Positions 8,085 to 16,893 of a stretch of DNA of 40,240 bases are shown here, one piece after another. Origin of the DNA: a virus (taxonomy: Duplodnaviria; Caudoviricetes); IMG/VR virus record IMGVR_UViG_3300012971_000034, positions 1-40,240 of that record; one strand, 5' to 3'. Each line of letters starts with the position of its first letter. The first letter of the stretch is position 1. Made by a program: the position numbers and the translations under genes. A model generated the notes under the pieces. It had not been told where the DNA came from and made no database searches. It worked only from the letters and a program-made list of their open reading frames with translations.

Positions 8085-8243
8085 ATGACGCCCTTGGATA
8101 AAGAGCTATGGGACGCGACCGAGCGGTTTGTTGACAACGTGACGCGCAATCTTTCGACCCTCGAACGCGCTCGGATAATCCAGAAAATTTTCGATCTAAT
8201 GAAAAAGGCCGTGATGCCTCCGAAGAAGAGGAAAAGCGAATGA
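8085..8243 (+). CDS. Hypothetical protein (52 aa; below the ORF-track cut-off)
   Basis: MTPLDKELWDATERFVDNVTRNLSTLERARIIQKIFDLMKKAVMPPKKRKSE; fills the operon gap, ATGA overlap with the next gene. Confidence 0.65.
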   Translation: MTPLDKELWDATERFVDNVTRNLSTLERARIIQKIFDLMKKAVMPPKKRKSE

Positions 8244-8647
8244 ACGCGCGACAGGAAGGACTCGCCGCATTCGCCGAAGCGCTCGGCGACGGCATCTCGG
8301 TGGTAATCCAGATCGTCCGCGGCAACGATTTCTTTTCGACCTACGATGCTGCGCGATCTGGCGACGAGGATGCACAGCGGTTCCTTGTTGGCCTGCGGAA
8401 CTTCGACAAGCAGACAGAGGACGCCGAAAAGAGGGGCGAATATCCAGCCTGCTTCGCCTGCGACTGTATCGTCGGCCAGCACAACTTTGGTGGCTTAGCC
8501 GTGGCTACAGCATCGGATCGCGACGGACCAGGCATCGCCAGCGCGTTCTGCGATGACTGCACGTCGAAAGGCCCGCAGTTTCTTTGCGATGCCTTCAAGG
8601 AAACAATCGGCGATCAATTTGACGTTGGCTTTGAGACGCTCCAGTGA
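8240..8647 (+). CDS. Hypothetical Zn-binding protein
   Basis: CFAC and CDDC pairs; GAGGA SD. Confidence 0.72.
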   Translation: MNARQEGLAAFAEALGDGISVVIQIVRGNDFFSTYDAARSGDEDAQRFLVGLRNFDKQTEDAEKRGEYPACFACDCIVGQHNFGGLAVATASDRDGPGIASAFCDDCTSKGPQFLCDAFKETIGDQFDVGFETLQ

Positions 8648-8874
8648 TGATGATGCCAGCATATAGCGAAGAAAAAATCGGCGATGGGCTTTATGTGGCC
8701 TACGACGGCGAACATTATCATTTGCACGTGCCGAGGACCGCGAACACCATTCGGCTGGACAATGAAGCCGTGCGGCAATTTATGCTTTACGTGCTGCGCG
8801 TGCAGCGGAGAAATGAAAGCATGCTGATCGAAGGACAAGACGATGCTGAGAGTGACAGTAGACCTGAACGATGA
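8644..8874 (+). CDS. Hypothetical phage protein (IGDGLYVAYDG motif)
   Basis: GTGA overlap; compact beta-rich motif. Confidence 0.7.
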   Translation: MMMMPAYSEEKIGDGLYVAYDGEHYHLHVPRTANTIRLDNEAVRQFMLYVLRVQRRNESMLIEGQDDAESDSRPER

Positions 8875-9097
8875 CGAACGTCATCTGCTGCAGTGGCTGA
8901 GTGAAGCGGATTTTAGCCAATATGGCGAATGCTACGGCAAGGCGCTCGATCGTCTGGTGCAGCTCGGCCTGGCACAGGTGCACGGCAAAGAGACTGAGCG
9001 CAACAACACGTTTATCGCCAAGGGCGACGGCATCATGTTTCGCGCCGTGTCGCTGACGGCGCTCGGCCTCGCTTGCGCGCGGAGTAACCGGGAATGA
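8843..9097 (+). CDS. Hypothetical protein, possible winged helix
   Basis: AAGGA SD; LNDDERHLLQWL...ALDRLVQLGLA...SLTALG pattern. Confidence 0.68.
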   Translation: MLRVTVDLNDDERHLLQWLSEADFSQYGECYGKALDRLVQLGLAQVHGKETERNNTFIAKGDGIMFRAVSLTALGLACARSNRE

Positions 9098-9363
9098 CGA
9101 ACAAAATCGTTTCGATCTTCGACGACGTCGGCGTCAAGGTTGCCAAGGAAATGAGCGAGGAAGGTTGCTGTTACATCTCGGCGCCGTCGCCGCTGACTTC
9201 GATTGAAGAATTTCGAAATGCGATGGCCGAGGCTGGCATCGCAACTTGCGACGAGGTTGGCAATCCAGTGCTGATGGTCGTCGGCTTATCCAGACATAAT
9301 CTCAAAGTGTTCGAATTCCGCGTGAAAACATACCGCAACATCGAGCGATTAAATGACGCGTAG
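9094..9363 (+). CDS. Hypothetical phage protein (89 aa)
   Basis: ATGA overlap with upstream gene. Confidence 0.65.
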   Translation: MTNKIVSIFDDVGVKVAKEMSEEGCCYISAPSPLTSIEEFRNAMAEAGIATCDEVGNPVLMVVGLSRHNLKVFEFRVKTYRNIERLNDA

Positions 9364-10057
9364 CTGCAACGGTTGCACGCTGTGCTGCAAGCTTCTGCCA
9401 ATGTCGGCCCAGGCTCGGCCTGAGGCGCGACGAACTGTCATGTTGCTGGTGGCCATCGGCAAGTTGGACCCGGCCGAGGCGTTCGCTGGCATCGAGGACT
9501 TCGACAAGCCTGCGGGCGTAGCGTGCCCGCATCAACGCCACGGCAAAGGCTGCGCAGTCTATAGCAAGCGCCCGTTCGGCTGCCGGATGTGGGAATGCCG
9601 CTGGCTAACCGGCGAGGACACCGCCGATCTGCGCCGCCCCGATCGTTCGGGCTATGTCATCGATTGTGCGCCGGATTACGTCACCACTGAGCAGGGCAAT
9701 ACGCTGCCTGTGATCCAAGTGTGGGTTGATCCCGGCCGACGCGATGCGTGGCGCGATCCCGAGCTGCTCGAATTCGTCAAGCGCCGCTGGATCGAGGGCA
9801 TGGGCACACTGATCCGCTGGAACGAGGCCGAAGATTGCATGTTCCTGTGGGTTGATGATCAGGGCAAAGTGCAAGTGAAAACGTCGAACCTGCGCGGCGA
9901 ACGACCGCACACCGCCGCGGAGAAAGCCGCCGCGCTCGGCCCGATGATGATGAAGCTGGTTGGCGAAGAGACGGAAAAGAAAAGGCCGCCCGACGATAAC
10001 CGAGCGGCCTTAAGTCATCTCCAAATAGAAGGTGCAAGACAAAGACAGCGGGGGTGA
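9353..10057 (+). CDS. YkgJ-like CxxCxxCC cysteine-cluster (Zn/Fe-chelating) protein
   Basis: CNGCTLCC...ACPH...GCAVY..RPFGCR.WEC. Confidence 0.85.
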   Translation: MTRSCNGCTLCCKLLPMSAQARPEARRTVMLLVAIGKLDPAEAFAGIEDFDKPAGVACPHQRHGKGCAVYSKRPFGCRMWECRWLTGEDTADLRRPDRSGYVIDCAPDYVTTEQGNTLPVIQVWVDPGRRDAWRDPELLEFVKRRWIEGMGTLIRWNEAEDCMFLWVDDQGKVQVKTSNLRGERPHTAAEKAAALGPMMMKLVGEETEKKRPPDDNRAALSHLQIEGARQRQRG

Positions 10058-10084
10058 AACCGCTGCCTCATGCAACACCATAAC

Positions 10085-10113
10085 AAAAAAAGGCCCCGCC
10101 GTGAAGCGGGGCC
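10085..10113 (-). terminator. Rho-independent terminator of the late operon
   Basis: Minus strand GGCCCCGC-TTCACG-GCGGGGCC-TTTTTTT at the convergence of the early and late operons. Confidence 0.88.
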
Positions 10114-10172
10114 AGTGAACGGCCAGTCCAGAAGGATGCGGCCCTACAATGGGATCACGGCGCGGGGAGGGT

Positions 10173-10286
10173 TTAAGCGCCGAGGGCTGCGGCGGAGCCG
10201 CTCGCCGCAGCTAACACGATCATAATGGCGATGACAAACAACAGAGCGATGACAAGGATATACGTCAGCAATCCGCCATTCTTCAT
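10173..10286 (-). CDS. 37-aa single-TM peptide in the lysis cassette
   Basis: MKNGGLLTYILVIALLFVIAIMIVLAAASGSAAALGA; ATGA overlap with upstream gene. Confidence 0.55.
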   Translation of the reverse strand: MKNGGLLTYILVIALLFVIAIMIVLAAASGSAAALGA

Positions 10287-10504
10287 CTGATGACGCGCGG
10301 CAATTCGATGCCGCCGCCGCCAATCAATCCGAGCAGCAACAGGATCAAAATCAAGACGCCGATAACGATGATCAGAATGCGGGCGACGCGGTGGAACGGC
10401 TCGGGCAGCGGCACTTGATCGATCAGCCATAGCAGCAGCCACATGATGACGCCGAGGATGATGACATAGATCACGAAATAGATCAGAGCGGTGATCATTG
10501 CCAT
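10283..10504 (-). CDS. Small 2-TM membrane protein, holin/lysis-accessory candidate
   Basis: Two TM helices joined by DQVPLPEPFHR; AGGAG SD followed by two in-frame ATGs (10504, 10498). Confidence 0.75.
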   Translation of the reverse strand: MAMITALIYFVIYVIILGVIMWLLLWLIDQVPLPEPFHRVARILIIVIGVLILILLLLGLIGGGGIELPRVIR

Positions 10505-10509
10505 GACTC

Positions 10510-11133
10510 CTATGCTATGCGCCACACCCGCACTGCACCATCGGGCATCAAGCGCGTCGTGAATTTCCAGTCTGGATGTTTGACTTTCCGCGCGGTGCGG
10601 AAGTGATGAATTGATTGCTTCATTTGCAGCCGCGAAGCGCCACGCACGAGGAATGAGTCGCCGGGGACCATCTCTTCGAACGGAAAGCGCGATCGACGCT
10701 TTTCCTTTTCATCTGGTGTCGGTAGCTCGATGCCCTTTTCGATCGGGCCGACGACGATCTCCTGTATTATCGGCTTGTCGAGTTGCTCGCGCTCCAATAG
10801 CTCCTGCAATTTTTTCTTGTGATCCGAACTGAGGCGCCAGCAACCATCGCTTTTGTCGCGCTGGATTTCGACCAGGTGTCCAATCTTCTTGCGCAACTGC
10901 AGCATCAGCTGATCGACAATGGACGGCTCGGGCCGCTCGTCGATATCTGGATAGAGAACGGCATAGATCACTTCCTTATGGAGCCGTTCGCGTCGCATCA
11001 ACAGGGCCAGGATTTGCCGCAACTTTTTACTCAATCGCACACCAGGGACACGGATCAGATCATGCTGCGCGCTTTTCGCAACGTGGCGTAGCTCTTCAGC
11101 GTGATCATTGTCACTGCTGTGTGCGACAATCAA
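10510..11133 (-). CDS. OmpR/CtrA-type winged-helix domain fused to a small phage domain
   Basis: LSKKLRQILALL...KEVIYAVLY..DERPEPSIVD...LRKKI; C-domain IEKGIELP...FPFEEMVPGDSF...VRVWRIA; TTG start with GGGGA SD. Confidence 0.75.
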   Translation of the reverse strand: MIVAHSSDNDHAEELRHVAKSAQHDLIRVPGVRLSKKLRQILALLMRRERLHKEVIYAVLYPDIDERPEPSIVDQLMLQLRKKIGHLVEIQRDKSDGCWRLSSDHKKKLQELLEREQLDKPIIQEIVVGPIEKGIELPTPDEKEKRRSRFPFEEMVPGDSFLVRGASRLQMKQSIHHFRTARKVKHPDWKFTTRLMPDGAVRVWRIA

Positions 11134-11148
11134 AATCCCCGTCCCCGA

Positions 11149-12717
11149 TTACGCCTGCGTCAGCAGGTCCTGCACCTGTAGAAATAGTGCGTCAGCCTCC
11201 CCCATAATTTCGGCCTCACGCCGATTGATCGGCCCCCAATGCTGACGGCGATTACGCAAGCCGATTGCGGTGACTTCAACGTGGTACTGTGGACAATTCT
11301 TGCTCATCTCCTGATGCCGATAACCGTCGCCACTGCCATAACATTCCCAATTGGCTTCATTGCAGCTGACATCCTCGGCGAAGATCGGCAGCGCGCATAA
11401 CCCAGTGCCTGCATCGTACTGATCAAACACCTGGCGGATGGTGTCGTGGCAGGTGTTTATGTTCCAGCTGGTTTGATGCGAGCCACATTCAGCTGTATCG
11501 GACTCATGATTGTCTGCACTCTGATCGACGCCGCAGCAATGCTGACCGCTCGACTCGCGCATGCCGAGACCCATCAGCAGCACGAACAGATGCCGCAGCG
11601 TATCGGTGCCCGCTTTGCTGTTGTCCATGCCTTCGCTACGGAATTCATCGTCATACCAAGCCAGCGCATCAATATCGTCGAGGCCGCTGTTGGCTTTGGC
11701 CATCTCGATCGCTGCAGGATCGCCGGCCAGAAACTTGCGCAGCACCGTAGACCAGGCGACGGCCATGCCCTTGGTGTAGCCGATCGGCGCGACGCCTCGA
11801 TCCTTCCACTCGTACCGCGAAATGGTGGAGTTCTCAGCCAGATCGCAGATTGCCTTGATGGTTGACTGTTCGAGCATCGGCGGCAGCGCTGGCGGATAGG
11901 GCGGTAGATGGTAGTCCGCTTCGAGTGCGGCCCACGTCATAGGACCGACGATCCCATCCACTTCTAGCGAATGTCGCCCTTGATAATCCATGACGGCGTC
12001 CTCGGTAATCGGGCCGAAATCGCCATCGATCGGATTTGCCTTCAGACAAGTCTGCACCGTGAAGACGTGATAACCGACATCGCCGCGGCCGATCGTTGGT
12101 CGTCCGCTGGTGCTCGGTGGCGGCGTCTCGGTTGGTGGCCGCTCTGCTTCAGGCGGCTCATCCGGCTGCCCTTGAATATCGCGGCCACTGATCGCCTCGG
12201 CGAGGGCGCGACAAATATCCTGGTAGTGGTCACGGTAGATGTTGGAGTCATTGGTGTTATCACAAAATGCGGTTTCAACGAGTATCGCTTTTTCTCGTGT
12301 GTTCCCCAGGAAGAACAAATCATCGCGATATTTCGGGCCTCTGTTTGTGAGACCTGAAGCGGTCGCGATCGCACCAGCGACTTTGGCGGCGAGTTGTTCT
12401 TGCGAAGCGTACAAACATTCAACTCCGTGAGCTGCACCATCATAGGCGTTAAAATGAATGCTCACATCATAGTCATGAGCGCCGCCGCCGAAAGCGGTGT
12501 CGTTATGCCAGTTCACGATCCTATTTAAATTTTCAGATTGGTCGTCAGAAATATCGTCCCACCAGGTTTCAACATCAACGCCGGCCGAGCGCAAATAATC
12601 GGCCGTTGTTTGAGTAACGCGCCTTGCTTCATCTACTTCATCGAGCTGCGGCGGCACCGGGCTGCCGCTGGCGCCTCGAATATATTTGCCATGTCCCGCG
12701 CTGATCGCCACTCGCAT
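11149..12717 (-). CDS. Modular endolysin: Amidase_3 + peptidoglycan-binding domain + putative lysozyme-like C-domain
   Basis: ISAGHG, E, VSIHFNA, ILVETAF amidase motifs; DGDFGPITE...DGIVGPMTW PG-binding motif; GMRESSG...QTSWN. Confidence 0.92.
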   Translation of the reverse strand: MRVAISAGHGKYIRGASGSPVPPQLDEVDEARRVTQTTADYLRSAGVDVETWWDDISDDQSENLNRIVNWHNDTAFGGGAHDYDVSIHFNAYDGAAHGVECLYASQEQLAAKVAGAIATASGLTNRGPKYRDDLFFLGNTREKAILVETAFCDNTNDSNIYRDHYQDICRALAEAISGRDIQGQPDEPPEAERPPTETPPPSTSGRPTIGRGDVGYHVFTVQTCLKANPIDGDFGPITEDAVMDYQGRHSLEVDGIVGPMTWAALEADYHLPPYPPALPPMLEQSTIKAICDLAENSTISRYEWKDRGVAPIGYTKGMAVAWSTVLRKFLAGDPAAIEMAKANSGLDDIDALAWYDDEFRSEGMDNSKAGTDTLRHLFVLLMGLGMRESSGQHCCGVDQSADNHESDTAECGSHQTSWNINTCHDTIRQVFDQYDAGTGLCALPIFAEDVSCNEANWECYGSGDGYRHQEMSKNCPQYHVEVTAIGLRNRRQHWGPINRREAEIMGEADALFLQVQDLLTQA

Positions 12718-12724
12718 ATAAGCC

Positions 12725-12907
12725 TCACTTGTTGATGCACTTCTCGACCATGACTTTCATGATTTCATGGATGTCTTTGCGGTTGGCCTGCACGCCGCTG
12801 TAAACGAAATACATGAACACCATCGTGATCACGATCAGCGCCAACGTCATCGGCGCGCCTTTGAGGCCCTCGACGACCTTGCCGACGTTGCCGCCGTTGA
12901 TGCTCAT
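12725..12907 (-). CDS. Single-TM protein upstream of the endolysin, holin candidate
   Basis: MSINGGNV...PMTLALIVITMVFMYFVY...; 60 aa; adjacent to the endolysin. Confidence 0.65.
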   Translation of the reverse strand: MSINGGNVGKVVEGLKGAPMTLALIVITMVFMYFVYSGVQANRKDIHEIMKVMVEKCINK

Positions 12908-12917
12908 TTTGATTTTC

Positions 12918-13808
12918 TCAGTTAAGCGTGAAAACTGTTCCCCCGAAGACACCGACCATCCCCGCTATTGGTGCGTATGAAATCCCCGCATTGAACTGAA
13001 GGTTCTTCGCTGGCGAATAAGCGATGCCGGCGCTCAACGACGCCGTGCCAGCGAACTCGCCGCCGCCGAGCGCGATTGCCGCCTTGCCCGAGCCAGCGGC
13101 GCCAGCTCCCGTCTGCAGCGCTGCCGCTGCCATCGCCATGCTGATGCCGGCGCGATACTCCTTGCGCGAAGCATTAATCTGGCTCTGTAACCCCGATGCG
13201 ACAGCCTGCAACTGCGAGACATTGACTGCGTCAGTGGGAAAGACGCCGGCCGCAACATTGGTGACGCGGCGCTCATTGCCTGGCGATCCCATCGAAACCG
13301 TACTCGGCTGATTGGCAATCGAGCCGGCGCCGAGCGCTACCGAATTGCCCGCGACGGCTTGCGCACCGGGTCCGAGAGCTGTCGAAAGCGTGCCGGTCGC
13401 CTTGGCATTTTGACCGCATCCGAATGCTGATGAAATCGTGCCAGTCGATCCGGTGCTCGTCGCTGTGGGCACCGTTGCGGTCGTTGTCGTGAAGCCAGTA
13501 ACGGCCGGCGCCGACGTCGTCGTTAGCGTGGCGCCCGTGACCGCCGCCCTATTATGGAAAGAGCTTGGCGGGACGACAGCGACTTCATTCATGCCGGCTT
13601 CGACAAGAATGAAGCTATCCCCTGACGGCACATTGGCAGTCGTCGTTGCCAACGCCGCAGACGTCAGCACCGGACTCGTTGTCGGCGTGATACCGGTGAC
13701 GACTAGCTGTGAAGTGTTGACGGTGTTACCGATGGTGATGCAATTGTCAGCTAAGGCCGACGTCGCCATTAGAGCGAGCGCGGCCAATCCCACGATTAGC
13801 CCCCGCAT
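12918..13808 (-). CDS. YadA-family trimeric autotransporter adhesin
   Basis: Signal peptide, Thr-rich passenger, head repeats (STALG, NSVALG), neck/stalk [19 protein letters not shown], anchor AGISMAMA + 4 beta-strands. Confidence 0.92.
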   Translation of the reverse strand: MRGLIVGLAALALMATSALADNCITIGNTVNTSQLVVTGITPTTSPVLTSAALATTTANVPSGDSFILVEAGMNEVAVVPPSSFHNRAAVTGATLTTTSAPAVTGFTTTTATVPTATSTGSTGTISSAFGCGQNAKATGTLSTALGPGAQAVAGNSVALGAGSIANQPSTVSMGSPGNERRVTNVAAGVFPTDAVNVSQLQAVASGLQSQINASRKEYRAGISMAMAAAALQTGAGAAGSGKAAIALGGGEFAGTASLSAGIAYSPAKNLQFNAGISYAPIAGMVGVFGGTVFTLN

Positions 13809-13828
13809 TGTCTTGAACCTTCTCTAGC

Positions 13829-14287
13829 TTATGGTGTGGTCGTAACTGGCGGCGCGGTAACTGGCGGCAGCAGACTGAGACAAGCTTGCAAAAAGTCATC
13901 ATCACCAGCGGCGATCACGCAATTGCCGAACAGATTGGCGGTGAGGAACGGTGCGAAACCTTGCGGATTGCCAGCACCGAGCGCGGCATTATAAAGCCCG
14001 CTGCTCGCGGTGGCGCCCTTGCGCATCAACGCCATCTGCCAGAGCCGCAACATGCCGGTGTTTCTTGGCCCGTTCGGCGGGTCCGTGCCATCAGCAAAGG
14101 CAACGCATGGCACGATGATGTTGCCCTGCGGATTGCACCAGGTATCGAACCGATCGATGACATAGACGAAGGAGGAGCCGATCAGGTCTGTAATATTCGA
14201 CAACGCCGGGGATACAATCATGCTGATTGACTCGCCGACTACCGTATCAGTCTCACGTGCCAGATAAAGATTAAGCGTTCCCTGCAT
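13829..14287 (-). CDS. Hypothetical late protein (152 aa)
   Basis: TGATG overlap with upstream gene; co-oriented in the late operon. Confidence 0.7.
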   Translation of the reverse strand: MQGTLNLYLARETDTVVGESISMIVSPALSNITDLIGSSFVYVIDRFDTWCNPQGNIIVPCVAFADGTDPPNGPRNTGMLRLWQMALMRKGATASSGLYNAALGAGNPQGFAPFLTANLFGNCVIAAGDDDFLQACLSLLPPVTAPPVTTTP

Positions 14288-14610
14288 CAGACAGCCTTAT
14301 TGCGCTCCAACATTTCTCGATGTTCTTTTTCCTCGCGCTCGCGCTGTTTGCCACAAAGCTTTTTAATTGCCTCGATGGCGCGATCGCCGAAATCCCAGGA
14401 CAATGAGCCGCCAGCGCGAACGCTCTCGCGATCCTGGATCGCATGCCGTTTGCCGGGCTCGTAAATGCGTTCGAACCCTGGCGGCAGATCGTCAGGCAAT
14501 GCTGGTAGGTTTTCACCGAACTCATATTCGAAATCGCCGCGCGTTCCAAAATATGTCTCGTCATCGGCGCGAATGTAGATTTTATCCTCGAACTCATGAA
14601 ACATCTTCAT
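14287..14610 (-). CDS. Hypothetical protein, possible fibre assembly chaperone
   Basis: ATGA overlap with fibre 2; charged, 107 aa. Confidence 0.65.
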   Translation of the reverse strand: MKMFHEFEDKIYIRADDETYFGTRGDFEYEFGENLPALPDDLPPGFERIYEPGKRHAIQDRESVRAGGSLSWDFGDRAIEAIKKLCGKQREREEKEHREMLERNKAV

Positions 14611-16022
14611 AGGCACACCATGATGTTGAGATGGGTTCGCGGGCTCATGATACTTGCCGGTGTAGAAGAACCAGCAGAATTGGTGACCGTTGTATAAGTC
14701 GTGCCACCGAAATAGCCCGAGCCGGGTGACACGCTTACCGCATTGGCGATAACCGAATAGCCTCCAGGCATCGCACCGTGTTGATGGTTGTTCAATTCGC
14801 CAGCGCTTTGCGTGTGCGTCTCTGCACCGAGATTGCTGCCAAGTGCCCGACTCGTGAGTCCTGATCCTGCACCGCCGACGGCGAGTTCACGACCGAGAGC
14901 CTTTGGCAATGTCAAGCGACAGTGCGCAGCCCAGGCTGCGGTTGCAGTGCCTTGCGCTGCGCGTGTTGTCGCGGTGCCGGTTGAAGTCAGGATCGGCACA
15001 TCGGCGTCGGCTGTGTTGTTATAGAACAGTGCAAAGAGCGCCTGCGCTGCAGCGTTCGCATAACCTGCGCCCGAGGCCGCATCGCCGATCGTCTGATCGT
15101 TCATCATCAGCCAGCCGGGATCGGCTGTTGTCTTAAAAGTCAACTTAACGTCGCCCGTGGTCCAGGCGCCCGCAGCCGCTGGCTGCCAGCTCGTGTCATA
15201 ATTCGCCGTGCTGTTCTTGGTCAGCACCGCGGCAGCTGCACCGCCAGACGGAACGCCGACACCTGGCTGACCGGCGACGCTGAAATTCCAATCCGCATAG
15301 GTGCCGGTCGCACCGATCGAGTCGATCGTGGCCGTCAGGCTGGTGCCGCTGTAGGCACTGACAACGCCCTCCATCCAGGCTGATGATGTGCCGGCGCTGG
15401 CAATACGCATGCGCGTGCCCGCCGTGTAGGCGAGGCCGCTTTGCGTCGTGAAAACCTTGCTGCCGGTGCTGACGGCCTGGCTGGTGGTCGAGCTGCCGAG
15501 ATAGCCCGCCGCGCCGCTTGGGCCTTGCGGGCCTGCAGGACCCGGCGCGCCTGGCGTACCTGCGGGACCCTGCGGGCCAGTCGATCCGGTCGGACCCGTG
15601 GCGCCTGGCGCGCCTGGCGTACCTGCGACACCGACATCGCCACAGATATTAATATCCCAACTAGCGAACGTGCCGCTGCCGACTATTCTATCGATGATGA
15701 CGTTGAGGCCGCCGCCACCAGAGAGAGAACTGACTTTGCCCTCCATGTAATTGGTCGGAGAGGGATCAGCGACAGCTCTAATGCGCTCGCCGCCGAGATA
15801 AGCCACGTTGAGATTGTTGAGAGAGAACGTCACCGCGCCAGTAGCAATCGACGCGCTTGTCGAACTGGTCACCCCATAGCCGGCACCGGATGGCCCTGCC
15901 GCTCCGACCTGACCAGGTGGCCCCGGCAGGCCTTGCGGTCCCTGCAGCCCAGTCGGGCCTGGAATGCCCTGCGGTCCCCGCGGACCTGATGTGCCGCCGC
16001 CGAGGATGATGGTGTCGGTCAT
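14607..16022 (-). CDS. Tail fibre 2: collagen segments, duplicated beta-domain, C-terminal tail-collar-like domain
   Basis: GXY runs; two ~80-aa repeats (GY..S.TS....G..F...AY..G.R.R...MEG.V); TGDVK...GWLMMN...LP...GAETHT...HQH; ATGA start at 16022. Confidence 0.85.
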   Translation of the reverse strand: MTDTIILGGGTSGPRGPQGIPGPTGLQGPQGLPGPPGQVGAAGPSGAGYGVTSSTSASIATGAVTFSLNNLNVAYLGGERIRAVADPSPTNYMEGKVSSLSGGGGLNVIIDRIVGSGTFASWDINICGDVGVAGTPGAPGATGPTGSTGPQGPAGTPGAPGPAGPQGPSGAAGYLGSSTTSQAVSTGSKVFTTQSGLAYTAGTRMRIASAGTSSAWMEGVVSAYSGTSLTATIDSIGATGTYADWNFSVAGQPGVGVPSGGAAAAVLTKNSTANYDTSWQPAAAGAWTTGDVKLTFKTTADPGWLMMNDQTIGDAASGAGYANAAAQALFALFYNNTADADVPILTSTGTATTRAAQGTATAAWAAHCRLTLPKALGRELAVGGAGSGLTSRALGSNLGAETHTQSAGELNNHQHGAMPGGYSVIANAVSVSPGSGYFGGTTYTTVTNSAGSSTPASIMSPRTHLNIMVCL

Positions 16023-16459
16023 CGTGTCGGCCCTATCGTGTTGATCAAATCGCCGCGCCAAATATCGCGCCGGAAACCGTCAGGACCGGTCGCGATCAAG
16101 CTTTGCGCATAAGTGCCTTCGGGAATTTTCTGCAGGTGCTCGCGAAATATGATGACCGCAAATTCCCACAATCCCGCCGTCGTCTCAGTACCAGGATCAT
16201 AGATGTCGATGCCGCTCTGGCCTGGTGCCATGCCGCTGCTGCTGCTGGTGATCGCCAAGAACACCTCAACGTCTTCCGGATGCGCGCGCACCATCATTTC
16301 CATCGTATAGCCGGTAAAGTTTTGATAGACGGGCGGGATGGTATTGCCGAGCTGCACGCGAAATGTTTGCGCATAGTCCGCATCCGTGAACGTTTGCAGC
16401 GTGACAGCAAACGCCCCGCTGTCGAAAACTGGCGCGGTGATTGGACTGCCGTTGGTCAT
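16019..16459 (-). CDS. Tail/baseplate-associated beta-sandwich adaptor protein
   Basis: NFTGYTMEMMVR...GTY..L...IWRG motif seen in fibre-region adaptors; ATGA overlaps. Confidence 0.65.
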   Translation of the reverse strand: MTNGSPITAPVFDSGAFAVTLQTFTDADYAQTFRVQLGNTIPPVYQNFTGYTMEMMVRAHPEDVEVFLAITSSSSGMAPGQSGIDIYDPGTETTAGLWEFAVIIFREHLQKIPEGTYAQSLIATGPDGFRRDIWRGDLINTIGPTR

Positions 16460-16893
16460 TTTTGCTTCGCTGCAGAAATGAAAAACTCGTCGATGTTGGC
16501 GACGCCAGCAATATGCAGCAGCCGCTGCACGCGCTCGTCGTCACGACGGAATTCGGTAGAGTAACGCCAGAGCGCATCGAGCATGGGATCGGGCAACACC
16601 ATCTCGGTGGCGCAGTTGCGCGCGATCAGTTCGAGCCTGATTTGCAGCGCGCTGATCTTTTCCGGCATGCGCTGGAACGGCTGCGACTTATCGATCGCCT
16701 CGACCAGGTGCGCTATCTCTCTTGCATAGTGCAGCGTCTGGCTCTCAGCATCGTAAATCATCAGATGAGAGGCGGTCACGTCCATTGGCAGCCGCGGACC
16801 TATATTATTCATTTCCTCTAGCGTCACGCTCATCGTCAGCATCATTTTAGGTGCATGCACAGGCGCACCCTGAGCATTGAACAAATTTTTCAT
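16456..16893 (-). CDS. Putative tail fibre assembly chaperone
   Basis: ISALQIRLEL...WRYSTEFRRDD...IDEFFISAA C-terminus; ATGA overlap with fibre 1. Confidence 0.7.
   Translation of the reverse strand: MKNLFNAQGAPVHAPKMMLTMSVTLEEMNNIGPRLPMDVTASHLMIYDAESQTLHYAREIAHLVEAIDKSQPFQRMPEKISALQIRLELIARNCATEMVLPDPMLDALWRYSTEFRRDDERVQRLLHIAGVANIDEFFISAAKQK

Noticed and set aside
15544-15627. 21-bp direct repeat GGCGCGCCTGGCGTACCTGCG
   Set aside because: Explained by collagen triplet duplication (AGTPGAP)
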